A stretch of 64,000 nt of DNA from positions 1 through 64,000 of the forward strand of contig JBNGIO010006148.1 of assembly GCA_049999805.1 (NCBI GenBank), given 5' to 3'. Below, in pieces: positions 1 to 11,949 of this stretch. Origin of the DNA: Folioceros fuciformis. Its lineage: Eukaryota. Under the pieces are notes generated by a model. The model was not told the origin of the DNA. It was given only the letters and a program-made list of their open reading frames with translations, and made no database searches. Numbering within the stretch: the first letter of the stretch is position 1; each line of letters begins with the position of its first letter. A program made the position numbers and the translations under genes.

Positions 1-1534
1 CCACTTGGCTGGTCACGACAAAGAAGCCGCCGAAGGTCCGTATACGAAGAGCTCTAATTACTTGCAAGGGGAGGTAACATTTGCAGATCTGCCGGCCTTC
101 ATCGTCGCAGCAGGGCGGTGTTAGTGCCATAGGGCGGGGTAGTGCTTGTCATAGACGAAAGTGGAGCGGCTCGAGCGAGGCCTCACCTGATGCAAGTTGC
201 GTGCACGCCCGCAAACGTTTGCGGCTCCGACAGCGGACAAATCGTGGCATGCGAGAGGTTGCAACCTATTTGACATTGCCAGGCAAGCACGCACCAATGG
301 GGAGGCAGCGACAGATTCGGGACTCCACCTCACCTGCTCAAGTGCCTGGCGTGGCATGGAGATGGATGCTGTGGCCAGTCCGGACTGGGTGTAGGGACTG
401 CCGGATTAGGTATGCCAATCCGGGAGTGTGAACAGATTTTGTTACTGCTTACGGTGGCAGTTTCTTGAGCGAGTTGCGGTGGCCAATCTGCAGCTCCGAC
501 AGAGTTCAACTGGACTACCAAGTGTGCCAGCGATGGCGCGCCGCGAGGCTCTGTGTCGTAGCGTACCCGGCCATGGATTCAGATCTGGCAGTGCGCAGGC
601 TGGCCTGTGAGGGCGCTGTGAAAGATTTGAGCAGGTGCAAGCAGGTGGCTTGGATATTTCCATCTCCGCCAATGGCGTGGCCTCGAAAAGATCTGTTGTC
701 GTCCACGTGAGCTGGGACTAGGACAGCAGCAGCACCAATCGGAGGCAAGAAACAGATCCCGTGTGCATGTGCTGACGAAGGTAAAGAGATCCCGGCCATG
801 TGAAGAGATCCATGTCCGCCGTACGTCTACCATGTGAAAACCTATGCTGCTGTCAAATTTTTTTGCAACTGTCTTCGGTTTTTCCGAGCCAAATCTCTGA
901 AGCATGAATGATCATCTGCCAGGAACACATCGACATGTTCACACGCACCAGGCCAAATGGAATATCGGTTTACTCTTGGGAGCGACTCGAGCAGCTAAGG
1001 GGCACGGCAGATGTGTGCCTTTTCTGAAGTGATGCCTAGCATGCCGCATACACCGGGTTGCGCCTACATCCACCGTCAGGGGTTGTTCAGGGTTGGAGTC
1101 GGTGACCCAGGAATCTCCCTCCCCTCCTTCGCTTGCGGCTCTAAAAGTACCTTTGCTGTCCAGGGCTTGCCTGGTCCAGGGCTTTCGTGGTGCAGGCCCC
1201 AACACAATTATGTACAGTACACAATCCGTTGGCGAGGTGGAAGGGAATATGACCTACACACAGCTCCGTACGAAATCCGTTTTCAACAACGTACACAATC
1301 CGTGAGTGCAGAGTACTGGTCAGGGGGTACATGTGCAGGTGGCGGATTAATTTTAGAGCTGTTGTGCTCGGACTGGAAGGGAGCGTTGGATCGGATGACG
1401 TATGTATACGCAAGCCTGTCCCTGGGGAGTGGAGGATTATGTTTTGTTGACAGGGATACTCGCAAGCCTGAATTGCCTCAGTTATCTATACCGCTCGGGC
1501 ATTTGATAGGTACACCTGAGCCTGGAGCCTGTGT

Positions 1535-1670
1535 CCTGGGCAGGCATGACGCCAGCTGCCCCAAAGAGAAACCCTGGATACTGCCTGGGCAGGCATGGGA
1601 GTCCAGCTGCCCCCAAAGAGAAACCTGGGTCCTACCTGGGCAGGTACGACTCCAGCTGCCCCAAAGTGAA
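1535..1670. repeat. Three imperfect ~50-bp tandem repeats
   Basis: Unit CCTGGGCAGGYA..CCAGCTGCCCCAAAG.GAA starts at 1535, 1584 and 1635. Confidence 0.8.
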
Positions 1671-2457
1671 AAAAGAGAAGCACTGTATTGAGCTGGGGAA
1701 GGGAAGACTGGGAGACCGTGATTGGAAGTCGCGATGAGGTGGATTGGTCCGAGGAAGCCAATGGTGAGCTACGCCGCTATTGTAGCGGGGCAGCTGTGGG
1801 AAGGTATGACGTGGGGTGAGAGCGGCCATGATACCGAGTCGCCGAGCCACACGGCAGGGCGGGCGGAGTGAGGTATTGTTGGCAGTCGAGTTGGACTTGG
1901 GATGGATTATAGCAGGACGGTAGCGGGGCAAGCGGGGGGCCTCGGTATTGGCCCGCTGCTCCGCCTTGTTAGATGCCGGTAATCGCTGCGCTACGGCTCG
2001 CCATGAGCTGTGGGGGCCGTGCGCCGGATTAAGTACGTACGGTGGCTCACTTAGCCCTTACAGCCTTCAGCCGCCGAGCATTTTATGCACCTTCCTCTTC
2101 TCACTTGCTACCGCCAACGGGAGCGCTTCTGCCTCTTCTGCACCCCCGTAGTGGTGGGCACTTGTCGATTGGCGCTTGGCGGTGACGGCCAGAAGGCTTG
2201 CGCCGAGGCTCCTCCTGGTGGTTGCTAGTGTGGCGTGGTGTGGTGTGGGGGGTTTGGCTGGTGTGGGCGTGAAGGCGTGAAGGCGTGGGTGTCCTGTTGT
2301 GTCTGAAGATTCAGAAGAAGAAGAAGACGAGCAAGAAGGAGGAGGGTGAAGAGCGGAGAGGAAAGGCGGCAAGCCCTTGACGAGGGGAAGCAGCGGCACA
2401 GCGGGTGCAGACCTGGCTCTGGCCCCGGCCAAGGCCCAAGCCCAGACAGGCGCCCAG

Positions 2458-3390
2458 ATGCCAAACGCTTCCAATGGCACCTCGCCCTGCGCAGCTTGCA
2501 AGCTGCTGCGGCGGAGGTGCGCGCCCGAGTGCGTGTTCGCCCCGCACTTCCCCGCGGAGCAGCCGCACAAGTTCGCCATAGTGCACCGGGTGTTCGGGGC
2601 CAGCAACATTAACAAGATGCTGCAGGACCTGGCCGCTGAACAGCGCGCCGACGCTGTGAGCAGCCTGGTATACGAGGCGGAGGCCAGGTTCCGAGACCCC
2701 GTGTACGGCTGCGCGGGGGCCATCGCGTCGCTGCAGCAGCAGGTGGCGCAGCTGCAGGTGCAGCTGGCGCTCGCGCAGGCGGAGACGGTGTATGCCAGGA
2801 TGCAGCAGGCGCCTACGGTCACCAACGCCTCTCACCTCAGCGTCGGCTCCAACAAGGCGCCCGCCCTCCCTGTGGGCGTCGGGGTGGGGATGCTGGGGCT
2901 GGATCACGTCGGGCTGCAACGGGCGAACGTCGCCGCGCCGGATCTGGACCTGGCGCTCGATTGCGTCTCGCCGACGCCGTTTCCGATTGCCTGCAAGAAG
3001 GAGAAACCGACCATGGGGTACCGGGAGCTACCCGCGCCAGCCAGGGATTACGGACCTTACGCTCCGGCTACAGTGACTGCCGCCTCTACTGCCGACATCA
3101 TGTGCCTGCCCGATCACGCGTCCTCAGGTTCCAGGGACCACTCCAAGGACTCGGTCATGCTGCACCCTATCTCGCTCAGCGTGGTGCGCAACAATTTCAT
3201 GCTGCCTAACGATGCTTCGCCATTCTCTGTCGACTCTGTGATGGAGCTGGGGGATATGGACATGGACGCCTCCATCAACTCAATTAACCAGATGTCGCCT
3301 CCCACGCCGCCTGGCTCTCCGGACCTGCTCAGTCCTTTCTCCAAGCCCATGTTCCAAACCACTTTTGCTCTAGGCGCTAGCCTCTGGTGA
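2458..3390 (+). CDS. LBD: LOB-domain (LBD/ASL) transcription factor, class I, intronless
   Basis: SPCAACKLLRRRC (CX2CX6CX3C), FAIVHRVFGASN GAS block, DPVYGC, leucine-zipper-like LQQQVAQLQVQL. First in-frame ATG is at 2458; the ORF track starts at an upstream TTG. Confidence 0.95.
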   Translation: MPNASNGTSPCAACKLLRRRCAPECVFAPHFPAEQPHKFAIVHRVFGASNINKMLQDLAAEQRADAVSSLVYEAEARFRDPVYGCAGAIASLQQQVAQLQVQLALAQAETVYARMQQAPTVTNASHLSVGSNKAPALPVGVGVGMLGLDHVGLQRANVAAPDLDLALDCVSPTPFPIACKKEKPTMGYRELPAPARDYGPYAPATVTAASTADIMCLPDHASSGSRDHSKDSVMLHPISLSVVRNNFMLPNDASPFSVDSVMELGDMDMDASINSINQMSPPTPPGSPDLLSPFSKPMFQTTFALGASLW

Positions 3391-3423
3391 TGCTTTGCCT
3401 CTCCCGGTTCTCTCTCTCCTTTC

Positions 3424-3887
3424 TCCTTGTACAAATTCTTCTGCTTGCACCCATACAAACGGGTTTGCTGTACCACTACAATAAAAGCGTCAGGGGCTCC
3501 GCTATCCCCTTGTTCAACACATTCACGACTAAGCCCAAGTCTTCGCATCCGTTCCGACGAAGAGGATGATGATGTAATCCGTCACAATGTCGACAGCACG
3601 TGTTTGTTGTCAGCACCTTTCGAGAGTCAGCAAACCTTTCCTCAAAGATTTGCTTTCTCCTGTCTGAAAACCCTTGTCCAAATTCTTCTGGTTGCACCCA
3701 TGCACACGGCTTTGCTGTTAACACTACAAAAACAGCATGAGGAGCTCCGCCATTCCCTTGTTCAACACACACACACACCTATGCTCAAGTCTTCACATCC
3801 GTTCCGACGAAGAGGGTGATGATGTAATCCATCACAATGTCGACAGCAAGTGTTTATTGTCAGCACCTTTCGACCGTCAGCAAACCT
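3424..3887. repeat. Diverged tandem duplication of ~210 bp just after the LBD stop codon
   Basis: About 3424-3637 aligns with about 3672-3887; both contain CATCCGTTCCGACGAAGAGG.TGATGATGTAATCC.TCACAATGTCGACAGCA and TGTCAGCACCTTTCGA. Confidence 0.85.
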
Positions 3888-4060
3888 CACATCAGCGTAT
3901 GCTTACGACACCAGCTGACCTCTCCGTGATGCAATCCGTAACGCTTTACTGCCAATGCCTTGCTTGCAAAGCAGGGTAATGACGCTCCATAAACTTTGGA
4001 CAACACAAAACAAAACAAAATTCCAGGAGTTGGGCTGTGCGGCGCTGTGCGTCTATGGCA

Positions 4061-6409
4061 TCACGCGGCCTTTGTGTCCGGCAACTTTTGGGAAGGCGAT
4101 GACTTCACTCTCGAGTACGCAAACACCCCCGACAATGCCAACCCCGTCCCTGCGATTTCGCCAGGAGGACCCAACCCAATCAGTCAGGCAAATGTGGCGG
4201 GGAAGGGAAGGACGCAGCACAGCACATGGGTCACAGAGACTGCAGAATACCTAACGCATTGATTGGAGACACGGGAGTCTTGAAGAAAATAACTGATGTG
4301 ACGATGACAACCACCCGCTTCACACAGTTCCCCACCGAATGGGTTACAGGAGTAACCCTTTGTAGGATCATGTATGAAACCTGCGAGATCACTTATTACT
4401 CTTCCACACTCTTAGCTTGGCCAAATCTGCAGTCCGCACAAGTGACACAAAAGTGGCAGCAATGACTGTACCTGCTGGTATGAATGGAAGCAGATACCCG
4501 CAAGGAGTGCCCGTTTAGCCACAACTTTCACGTCCACGCCCTGTTCCCCATCAACATCCAAGACACTTTGTAAGATCCCAAATGCCTACCTGTTCCATTC
4601 AGCGGCTCGTCCACGAGAATACCACAACACCATTCAGGTCCCCTCTACCCACAATATCATGTTCAGTCTTACCGCTGATGCCAAAGCAGCAGGGGTAAAC
4701 TTGACTCCTTCCAGGAAAAGGGTGGCAGGTGTCAGCAGGAATAAGGATAGAATTGTTATCACCGAAAACAGATTGATGTTATCCAGAGAACCCTGCAATC
4801 ACCAGCCATCCAACGTAAATTCTCTGGCATGCTGTGCTTGCCCTCTGTAGCCTTTGCTGGATCGTTGTCGCTTCCGTGCCAGGAGAACAGACCAGTTCTT
4901 CACTGGATATAGCAGTGCATAAGCTCAGAGATCACACTTGGATCTCATAAGGCTTTGTACTGCTATGTTCACTTGCAACGAGGCAAAGTAGTTGGGGAAT
5001 GCATACCTCCTTTTTCACCATAAACTTCTTACTTAACACGTTTCGAGACTGAAAAGTCACATTCGATGCCATAGCACTCAGAAATCCGATCCTGCAGTTC
5101 CGTCATCATACATTCATTGCACTGAGCTCTAGATACCACTTAGCCACAGTTAGCCGGGCCCCCTTGAGAACTTGGAAACATCATACTAGCGGCTTACCAG
5201 TTGAATGATGCTTCGGTCAAGGATGCTAAGGCAACTCCACCAACTATTGGTACCAGGGTAGCAAGTACCAAAGGATCTGGGTTCTGGAAGCCAATGTCTG
5301 TCACGAGTCAGGACGCCGTGCGGAAGAATGTGACGACATGGCATGATCAACGAATGGAGATCAGAATCTGAAAGATTTCAAGCAGTGCAGACAAGCAAAA
5401 CTCCACAGCTCATGTTGACCGAACAACATGTGAGCTTCAGGTCGTTACAACACGGATTCAGGTAGTTAAAACTTACGGCACCCAAGAAAAGCGACGACAG
5501 CAGCACTGAGAAGAATGGCTCCATAGCCTTGATGGTGTGTGTAAAGGACACAGCAACTTTTCCAAGGCTCATGTTCGTGAAAAGGTTGCCCAGAGTATGG
5601 ACGAAAGCCAGGGGAAGAATTGCAAAAATCTGCAATTGGGAAAAGAAAGTGACAAAATCGACATGCGTCAAAACGAGTTGTGGAACAAGCGCCAATCCCC
5701 AACAGTAACCTCGGTGCATAAAAGAGCACTGAATGGCACAGACGAGCTGCACCTGCTCTTTCTTCAACGAGGGCCTCCTGTGAAGACCCAAAGTCCATGT
5801 CACCAAAACCATGGCTGTTCCGACAGCAAACTGAAGAGTCGTCATGGTAACGGGATATGGGAACACTTTCAGAACCTGCGAGGAAAACGCCCGCATTGTC
5901 TCAAATGCACCCAACAAGACTCAACTTTGGCTTCACAAACCTTCACCAAAGACGAGCATGACCCACACCTGCTTATTGTAGATGTTGAAGTAGATATTGA
6001 ACAGATACCACAGGCCGAAGAGGGATCCGAGCTGCACGGTCTTGATAAGCTCGGTGGGCCCAGCAACCTCACCCCCAATTCCAGTCTGGGCCTGGCTCTC
6101 CCCGTCTCCGGCAGCAGCAGCCGCCGCCACCACCACCACCACATTCCCAGCCTTGTGCTGCCTCGACCCGAGCTTGACGATCTTCAGCTGGGAGCAGCCT
6201 GGAAAGAGGGCAGAGAGGTTGCGCAATGACACGGCAGCTGCGCCCTTCCTGCCCAGAATCGAGACAGACAGCGAGCGCTGCTGGTCACACCCGAACGGGC
6301 CCGTATTGGGCAGCCGGGCCAAGAGCACGGGCCTAGTCCGGGATGCTTTCCCCAAGCCTGCAACTCCCACACATCCTGGAAAAACACCGACTCTCACCGC
6401 CGTGTCCAT
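4061..6409 (-). CDS. PPT: Plastid phosphoenolpyruvate/phosphate translocator (pPT family), ~9 exons
   Basis: Spliced peptides: transit-like N-terminus, [138 protein letters not shown]. Stop TGA at 4063-4061. Confidence 0.92.
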
Positions 6410-6903
6410 GGCCGCATCCAGACAGCGCCCTGAACACAGCAGGACACGCAGCCACAGGCAACCACACTAGCTCATGAGAGTCCGGCACTCTGTGCTCCAA
6501 TTCTTTCCCCACTCTCTGAAATCACACAGCACATACAGTGTTTCGCAGTAGGCGAACAAGAATGGTTCCCGAACAAGGATCTCAACGTCACGCCTGATGC
6601 CACAGCCTGTGCACTGTGCACCGTGCTCTCGCCGGTTCAAATGAGACGAAGGATTCGCGGAGCGAATGCCACTCGGCGGAAAACAAGGACTTGGAAGGTG
6701 GGAGTTTCTAAGCTTGATATTTTTGTTGTTTTACTTAGAAATTTTGTAAATGGCGAGTAGGTATAAAGCTCATTACGACTAAGAAGTTAGGTTTCTGTCC
6801 TTTCAGTCTGAGCCGAATTAGAAGTCGGAGTCGAGGCGTCGTCTCTCTGTGGGGCTTACGAACCTTAGGCCGCCGGGGCCGTCGCTGTAGGCAGGTCTGG
6901 GCG

Positions 6904-7694
6904 ATGAGGCTCGAGAAGTGCTGGTTTTGCTCTTCCACTGTCTATCCAGGGCATGGCATGATGTTCGTGCGGAACGATGCTAAGGTACGGCTGTTGGTTG
7001 AGCTTCGAAATTCTTGTCCTGGTATCGGATCGCCTGCCGCTCATCCTTGTTGTTGAATCCTCGGCGATGGCAGGTTTTCCGGTTTTGTCGATCGAAATGT
7101 CACAAGAACTTCAAGATGAAGAGGAATCCTCGGAAAGTGAAGTGGACCAAGGCTTACAGGAAGCTGCACAACAAGGATCTGGTTCAGGTGTGCGGATTGA
7201 AACTGCGGTTTCTGATTTGGGATAGGGTTTCAGCCTGTGGAGCCTGTTTGGCTGATTCTTGGAATTGGTCATGCAGGACACTACTTTTGAGCTGGAGCGG
7301 AGGAGGAATAGGCCGGAGAGATATGACAGGAACGTGTTGGAGAGCACCATGAAGGCGGTGAAGAAGATTACTGAAGTCCGGGAGAAACGGCAAGCGAAGT
7401 TCTGGGAGAACAGGTTTGTTTTCGCTTGTGTTTTTATCATGGAATTTTTATTCTCGCAACTCCTTTTTCAGCAGAAGTTCGATCTCTGCATGCTTTTGGG
7501 TATGCAGGATGAAGGGCAAGGCGGCAAAGGAAAGGAAAGAAGCAGCAGTGGAGTTGGAGCAGGGCATCCATTTGGTTAAGGCTCCTCTTGCTATGGCAGC
7601 AGAGCCTGGGCTGACCCTGCCAACCATCCCAGAAAAGATGAAGGTAAAGGTGCAGTATGGAAAAGACCAGGATGTCCGGCAAATGGAAAGCTGA
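6904..7694 (+). CDS. RLP24: Ribosome biogenesis protein RLP24 (RPL24-like), 4 exons
   Basis: [27 protein letters not shown] / [36 protein letters not shown] / [19 protein letters not shown] / C-terminal exon ending at 7694. Confidence 0.95.
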
Positions 7695-10149
7695 TTGCGA
7701 CTGAGAACTGTGCACTGCGGGACGGGAGAGTTCCGCTGAGCTGTTCCCTCGAGGTGGGGAAGCTGCCCCCGTTTTTACCTCGTGGATTGCTCAAGGCATG
7801 TCAAGACGATATCATCTTTTGTGACAGGGGTTGTCTTCCGTTCAACAAACTTTGGTCTTGCTGTCGAGGCTTTGACCAACACACCCTCGAATTTGCAATT
7901 GAAGCCTCCAATGTGGTGTTCGACAGATGGCTCAGATGAGACTCCGCGTTCATCTCACAGTTGACTAACGTCATAACCATTTTTGAGGGTCTTTCCTTTT
8001 TTTCCTTGCAATAGTGGGTTGTAATATTTTTTTTCATATGCCATTAAAGGATGTACACATGAATTAAGTTGGAGGTACGGGCTTTGAGAATATTCTTCAC
8101 GTGTTGTCCAATCCGATTATGTGAAATAGTTAGCTGGTTCTACACATCCAGTTGCGGTCAAAGTACCGGTCTAAGTTGAAAGAATGAAAGGAACCTGGAG
8201 CCCGCGGCACGCCATTTCATGGAGTTGGACAGCCGTTTTACTTAGGTGTTATCAACAGCGTTTTCTTTTAGCTCCTAGTACAGGTTTTTATGTTATTTAG
8301 TGTTCATGTAGTCCTGAACACAAGAAGGGTTTACATTATCACAACCAATGTACAATCAATGTGCTATTGTCATTTGTGGTTATAAGGCTAGTCAACAAAT
8401 GGAACAACTTTGCCTCAGCATGTTGTAATGGAGCAATTGTGAACTATGTCGACTCAACATATAATGTGGTCTATTAGGAACCATTGTGGATATGTACTAC
8501 CATATGAGCCAAACTAAGACTTGCCTCATATGGCCCCTACTTTTCTACTATAATGTGTACTTATTATCACGCGCATGTTATTCATACTACCATATTGCGA
8601 TGCACATAATGTATAGGCACCTTATATACATATATGTAACTAAGATATGCATCTAACAAGGGATTTCAAACTTCTCCAAAACGAGGTTGATATTGAAATG
8701 CAAACTTGTGCAAATCAGCTTTGATATAATATATGCACTAATTGGGAGACCCAATTGAGACTTGTGTCTACTTCTCCCACTACTACCCTACAAGTTTTTG
8801 GACACACCTTATAGGCCTTAGTTGAAATCTTAACAATGGCTACAGAAGCACGTTGTTCATCTCCTTACCTTGTGTGACGTGCACTTTTTGAAACCATGCC
8901 TTTGTTGTCACCTTTCATGGCACCTATAAGTTGAGGTCCATCTTGCTTACCATCTTCCTGTAGAGCACGTGGTGCACACTCCTAGTAACGAAGAAGCATA
9001 TGGCTTGTTTTGTTTTCTTCCCACATGGTGTCTTTGAGCCCTTCTTAAAGAAAGTAGTATACAAGCAAGGGGTCCTACACTACATTAGCCAATGCCCTCT
9101 ATAGAATGATGGACATCCTCTACCTAAAGACGCAACTATATAGTTGCTTCTTTTTAGTGTGCACAAAATCGCCTTGAACGCTCTGCACATGACAGAGGAA
9201 TTGCTTGTCTGTCAATAAGCTAGGCTGCTTCATACCCATTGTGGATGACAACAAGGAAACCACTTGATCCCCTTCCACCAAGGGAGCCACCTTCTCCCTT
9301 TCCAATGTGCTTTCTGGAATTAAGGCTGTGGCGAAGCGCTCTTGTCCTACATTATCAAGCCAGTGTTGGATATGGTTAGAACCATCAACCAAGCTTAATC
9401 TAACACCACTTGGTTGATGAAGCACCCTATTGCACACCATGCCTACATCAACAAGGCGCACACCCAGCCGAGTAATAGATGGATTCCTGCTTTTCTTCTC
9501 CCTCCACGCATGCCTCCAAGTAGCATGCTTGGCTTTCTTCAAAACAATTGCAGCGGAATAGTCATCCTCATTCATTCTTGACGGACCTGCTTCAGATTCT
9601 ACCACTAAGATGGCATTTCAAGGGTTGGAGGGATCAATATGTGGCACATTTTGTGCCATGGTGTTCGACAAAACTAGGTGCAATTGTCTCAAGTGTGGAG
9701 AATACATGGACAGGCATGAAGATGACAGACAACCCCGCCACCATCCAAGCTACAATTGTACAAAGTTTTGAAATTCCTACTTCAAAACACTCTTAAAACT
9801 TGAACATTCAAACTTTCACTACCACTTCCCAGGGGAACAAAAGTTCAGTTGCAATGTTCTATGTGCACCTAACTACTATGTTTTAAATTCAGACACAATG
9901 ACGAGTATAAATGGTGCTCACTTGATGTATCCTTTCTTATTGTGCCTACATGAGGGATGTTCTTTAATTAGCCAATGCACATATCTTACCCAGTAAGAGT
10001 GACAATTTCACTATAGACTTCTAGGTTGTGTAGTATATTCAAGAAAATCCCCATAAATGTTTAGAGGTATGTTGGAATATCTATAATTTTTTTTGAGATA
10101 ATTCATCCACATGTGCACATTATTGGGCGTTGCATCCGTCCCCACTTGA

Positions 10150-10720
10150 TGTGATACACTAAACCTTGTAGAGACTCTATACAAGAAAGGGGAAGACAGA
10201 TACTTACCTGGCAATTGTGATCGGCCTTGCACATACGTTGATAAACTTGGTGAAACCCTTGCCCATTGCCCCATGAATCTTTATGGCTTGGAGAATGAAT
10301 GTGTGGCAATCCTAACGTAGGAGAGTATTGATGAACTTCAGCTGTTGTGCAATCACACGTTTGGCCATGCATCTTGGAGCATTTATGATAACATGTTGAC
10401 ATTTAGTGTTTTAGATTGAATCAATGACAATCACATTTGCAACAAAAATCGGCTCCCTCCTTGTCAAAAATAAATTACTACAAAGGGAAACCTAATTAAA
10501 CAAGGTGTAGAGGTACTCCTTGAATGGGAAAAATTCAATTTCCCTAACAATGGATAACATGATGTCCTAGATGACATCATACTTAGCAATATGCTACCTG
10601 CCCTTAAGACATTGAGCCAAGTGCACCCTAGAGTTATTAAGAGGGTCCTCACAACTATACATTGAAAGGGAGGAGGCCAAAAGATGAACCAACCCCAATT
10701 AAAAATGCACTAAAGTTGTG
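10150..10720 (-). mobile_element. Degenerate 3' part of a non-LTR retrotransposon with CCHC knuckle and restriction-like endonuclease (REL)
   Basis: Minus-strand translation through stops: LGLVHLLASSLSMYSCEDPLNNSRVHLAQCLKGR*HIAKYDVI*DIMLSIVRE, then ANVIVIDS, then FILQAIKIHGAMGKGFTKFINVCA. This resembles the RLGL-CxC-H-C, HDxIRD, DVVxxD and FxPxAxExxG motif series. Recognised by eye only. Confidence 0.6.
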
Positions 10721-11570
10721 AATGTCACTACTGCCATGCAGAATGCTTGAACGCTAGGTTAGGCTAGTAGCGAAGCTCTGGCTCTCTTCCAAGCAACAGT
10801 GAAGTCGAGACCAAGTTCGCTTAGGAATTCAGAAATCCTACAAAAGGAGCCAACTACACCTAGTAACAATCCCTAAAAGCAACAGGAAGGAACGCTTGTT
10901 GCTTGGCCAAGTCACTAGTTGACCTATCAAAGGTACTTGGGCTAATGATGGCCCCCTAGACCTATATAAGTTATTTTTTAAAATTCCTTAAGCTCATCAA
11001 AAAAGTTAAGGAGGGAGCAATTGCATAAAGAAGGTACCATGATCGCCTCATAAGAAGGTATCCAAATTGCCCCGATATACAAAAGGAGAGAATCCCAAAT
11101 AGTAAGTGCGGGTCTCTAATGTAACAAAGGTCATCGATGTGCGCAAAAAATTGAGTTTGCCAAAGCCCCGTCCACCTATTTATAAATAAAGGATAGAGGC
11201 TCAAATGGAACACCCAAAACCTCAAGACCCTTTGGAGAGGTGAGAGGACTTCCTCTAGATAGTGAAAAAAAGGAACCATATAAGAAGACAACCAAATCCT
11301 ATGTGTACTTGTTTTGATTTTCAAACGGAGGCAAGTGAGGTTTGTAACGACGAAATCAATCACTACTTTAATCTTGTCCTAGCCTCAGAATATGGGTATC
11401 ATTTGCTACAAATGAATATTCATACCCCCACACTTCGAAGTTAATTGAAGATAAAGCCATGAAATGTGTAATAGCAAACAAATCTAAGGCAACTCTTTGA
11501 GGGTCCCTTTGTTTGGTACATATAATTGAGTCAAGCATTGAAACCCCTTCCACTGAGGGGCTAGTGAATG

Positions 11571-11587
11571 AAACCCTAAACCCTAAA
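11571..11587 (+). repeat. Short interstitial plant telomeric repeat (AAACCCT)2AAA
   Basis: Read directly from the sequence. Confidence 0.7.
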
Positions 11588-11949
11588 TCAAACACTAAGG
11601 ACTAAACATGAAATCAGACAAAATGCGAATAACGTGATACCCGCCAGATTACTACGTTCAATGATGGATTTGTATTTATGAACACTTGCAAATCCGCATA
11701 TAATGACACAATACATGATGTTTGCGCTGTTACGTGGCACATTTTTTCTGCATGTTAACACATCGCTGAAAATAAATGCACATAAATGTGGATACATGAT
11801 ACGAATTTCAAATGTTTGAATCCGGCGAAGCCTGAATTGACGGAATCCGATCGTTTTGATTAGACCTTATTCAAGAGTGACAATTCCCTCAAGATGAAGT
11901 ACTGAAGCCTTCAAAAGTTAGCACAGAAAGGGGCTTCACAGCCAAGCCC

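Noticed and set aside
2067-2919. Long antisense ORFs over LBD (similar shadows occur over ZRF1, pTAC12 and the PPR gene)
   Set aside because: Expected shadows of GC-rich coding sequence on the opposite strand.
9120-9605. 161-aa ORF in the AT-rich block
   Set aside because: No recognisable domain, non-ATG start and broken neighbouring frames; probably decayed repeat sequence.
10200-10211. ATACTTACCTGG, identical to the 5' end of U1 snRNA
   Set aside because: The downstream sequence does not continue as U1 (no recognisable stem-loops or Sm site). It lies within a retroelement remnant and is simply the complement of a consensus splice donor.
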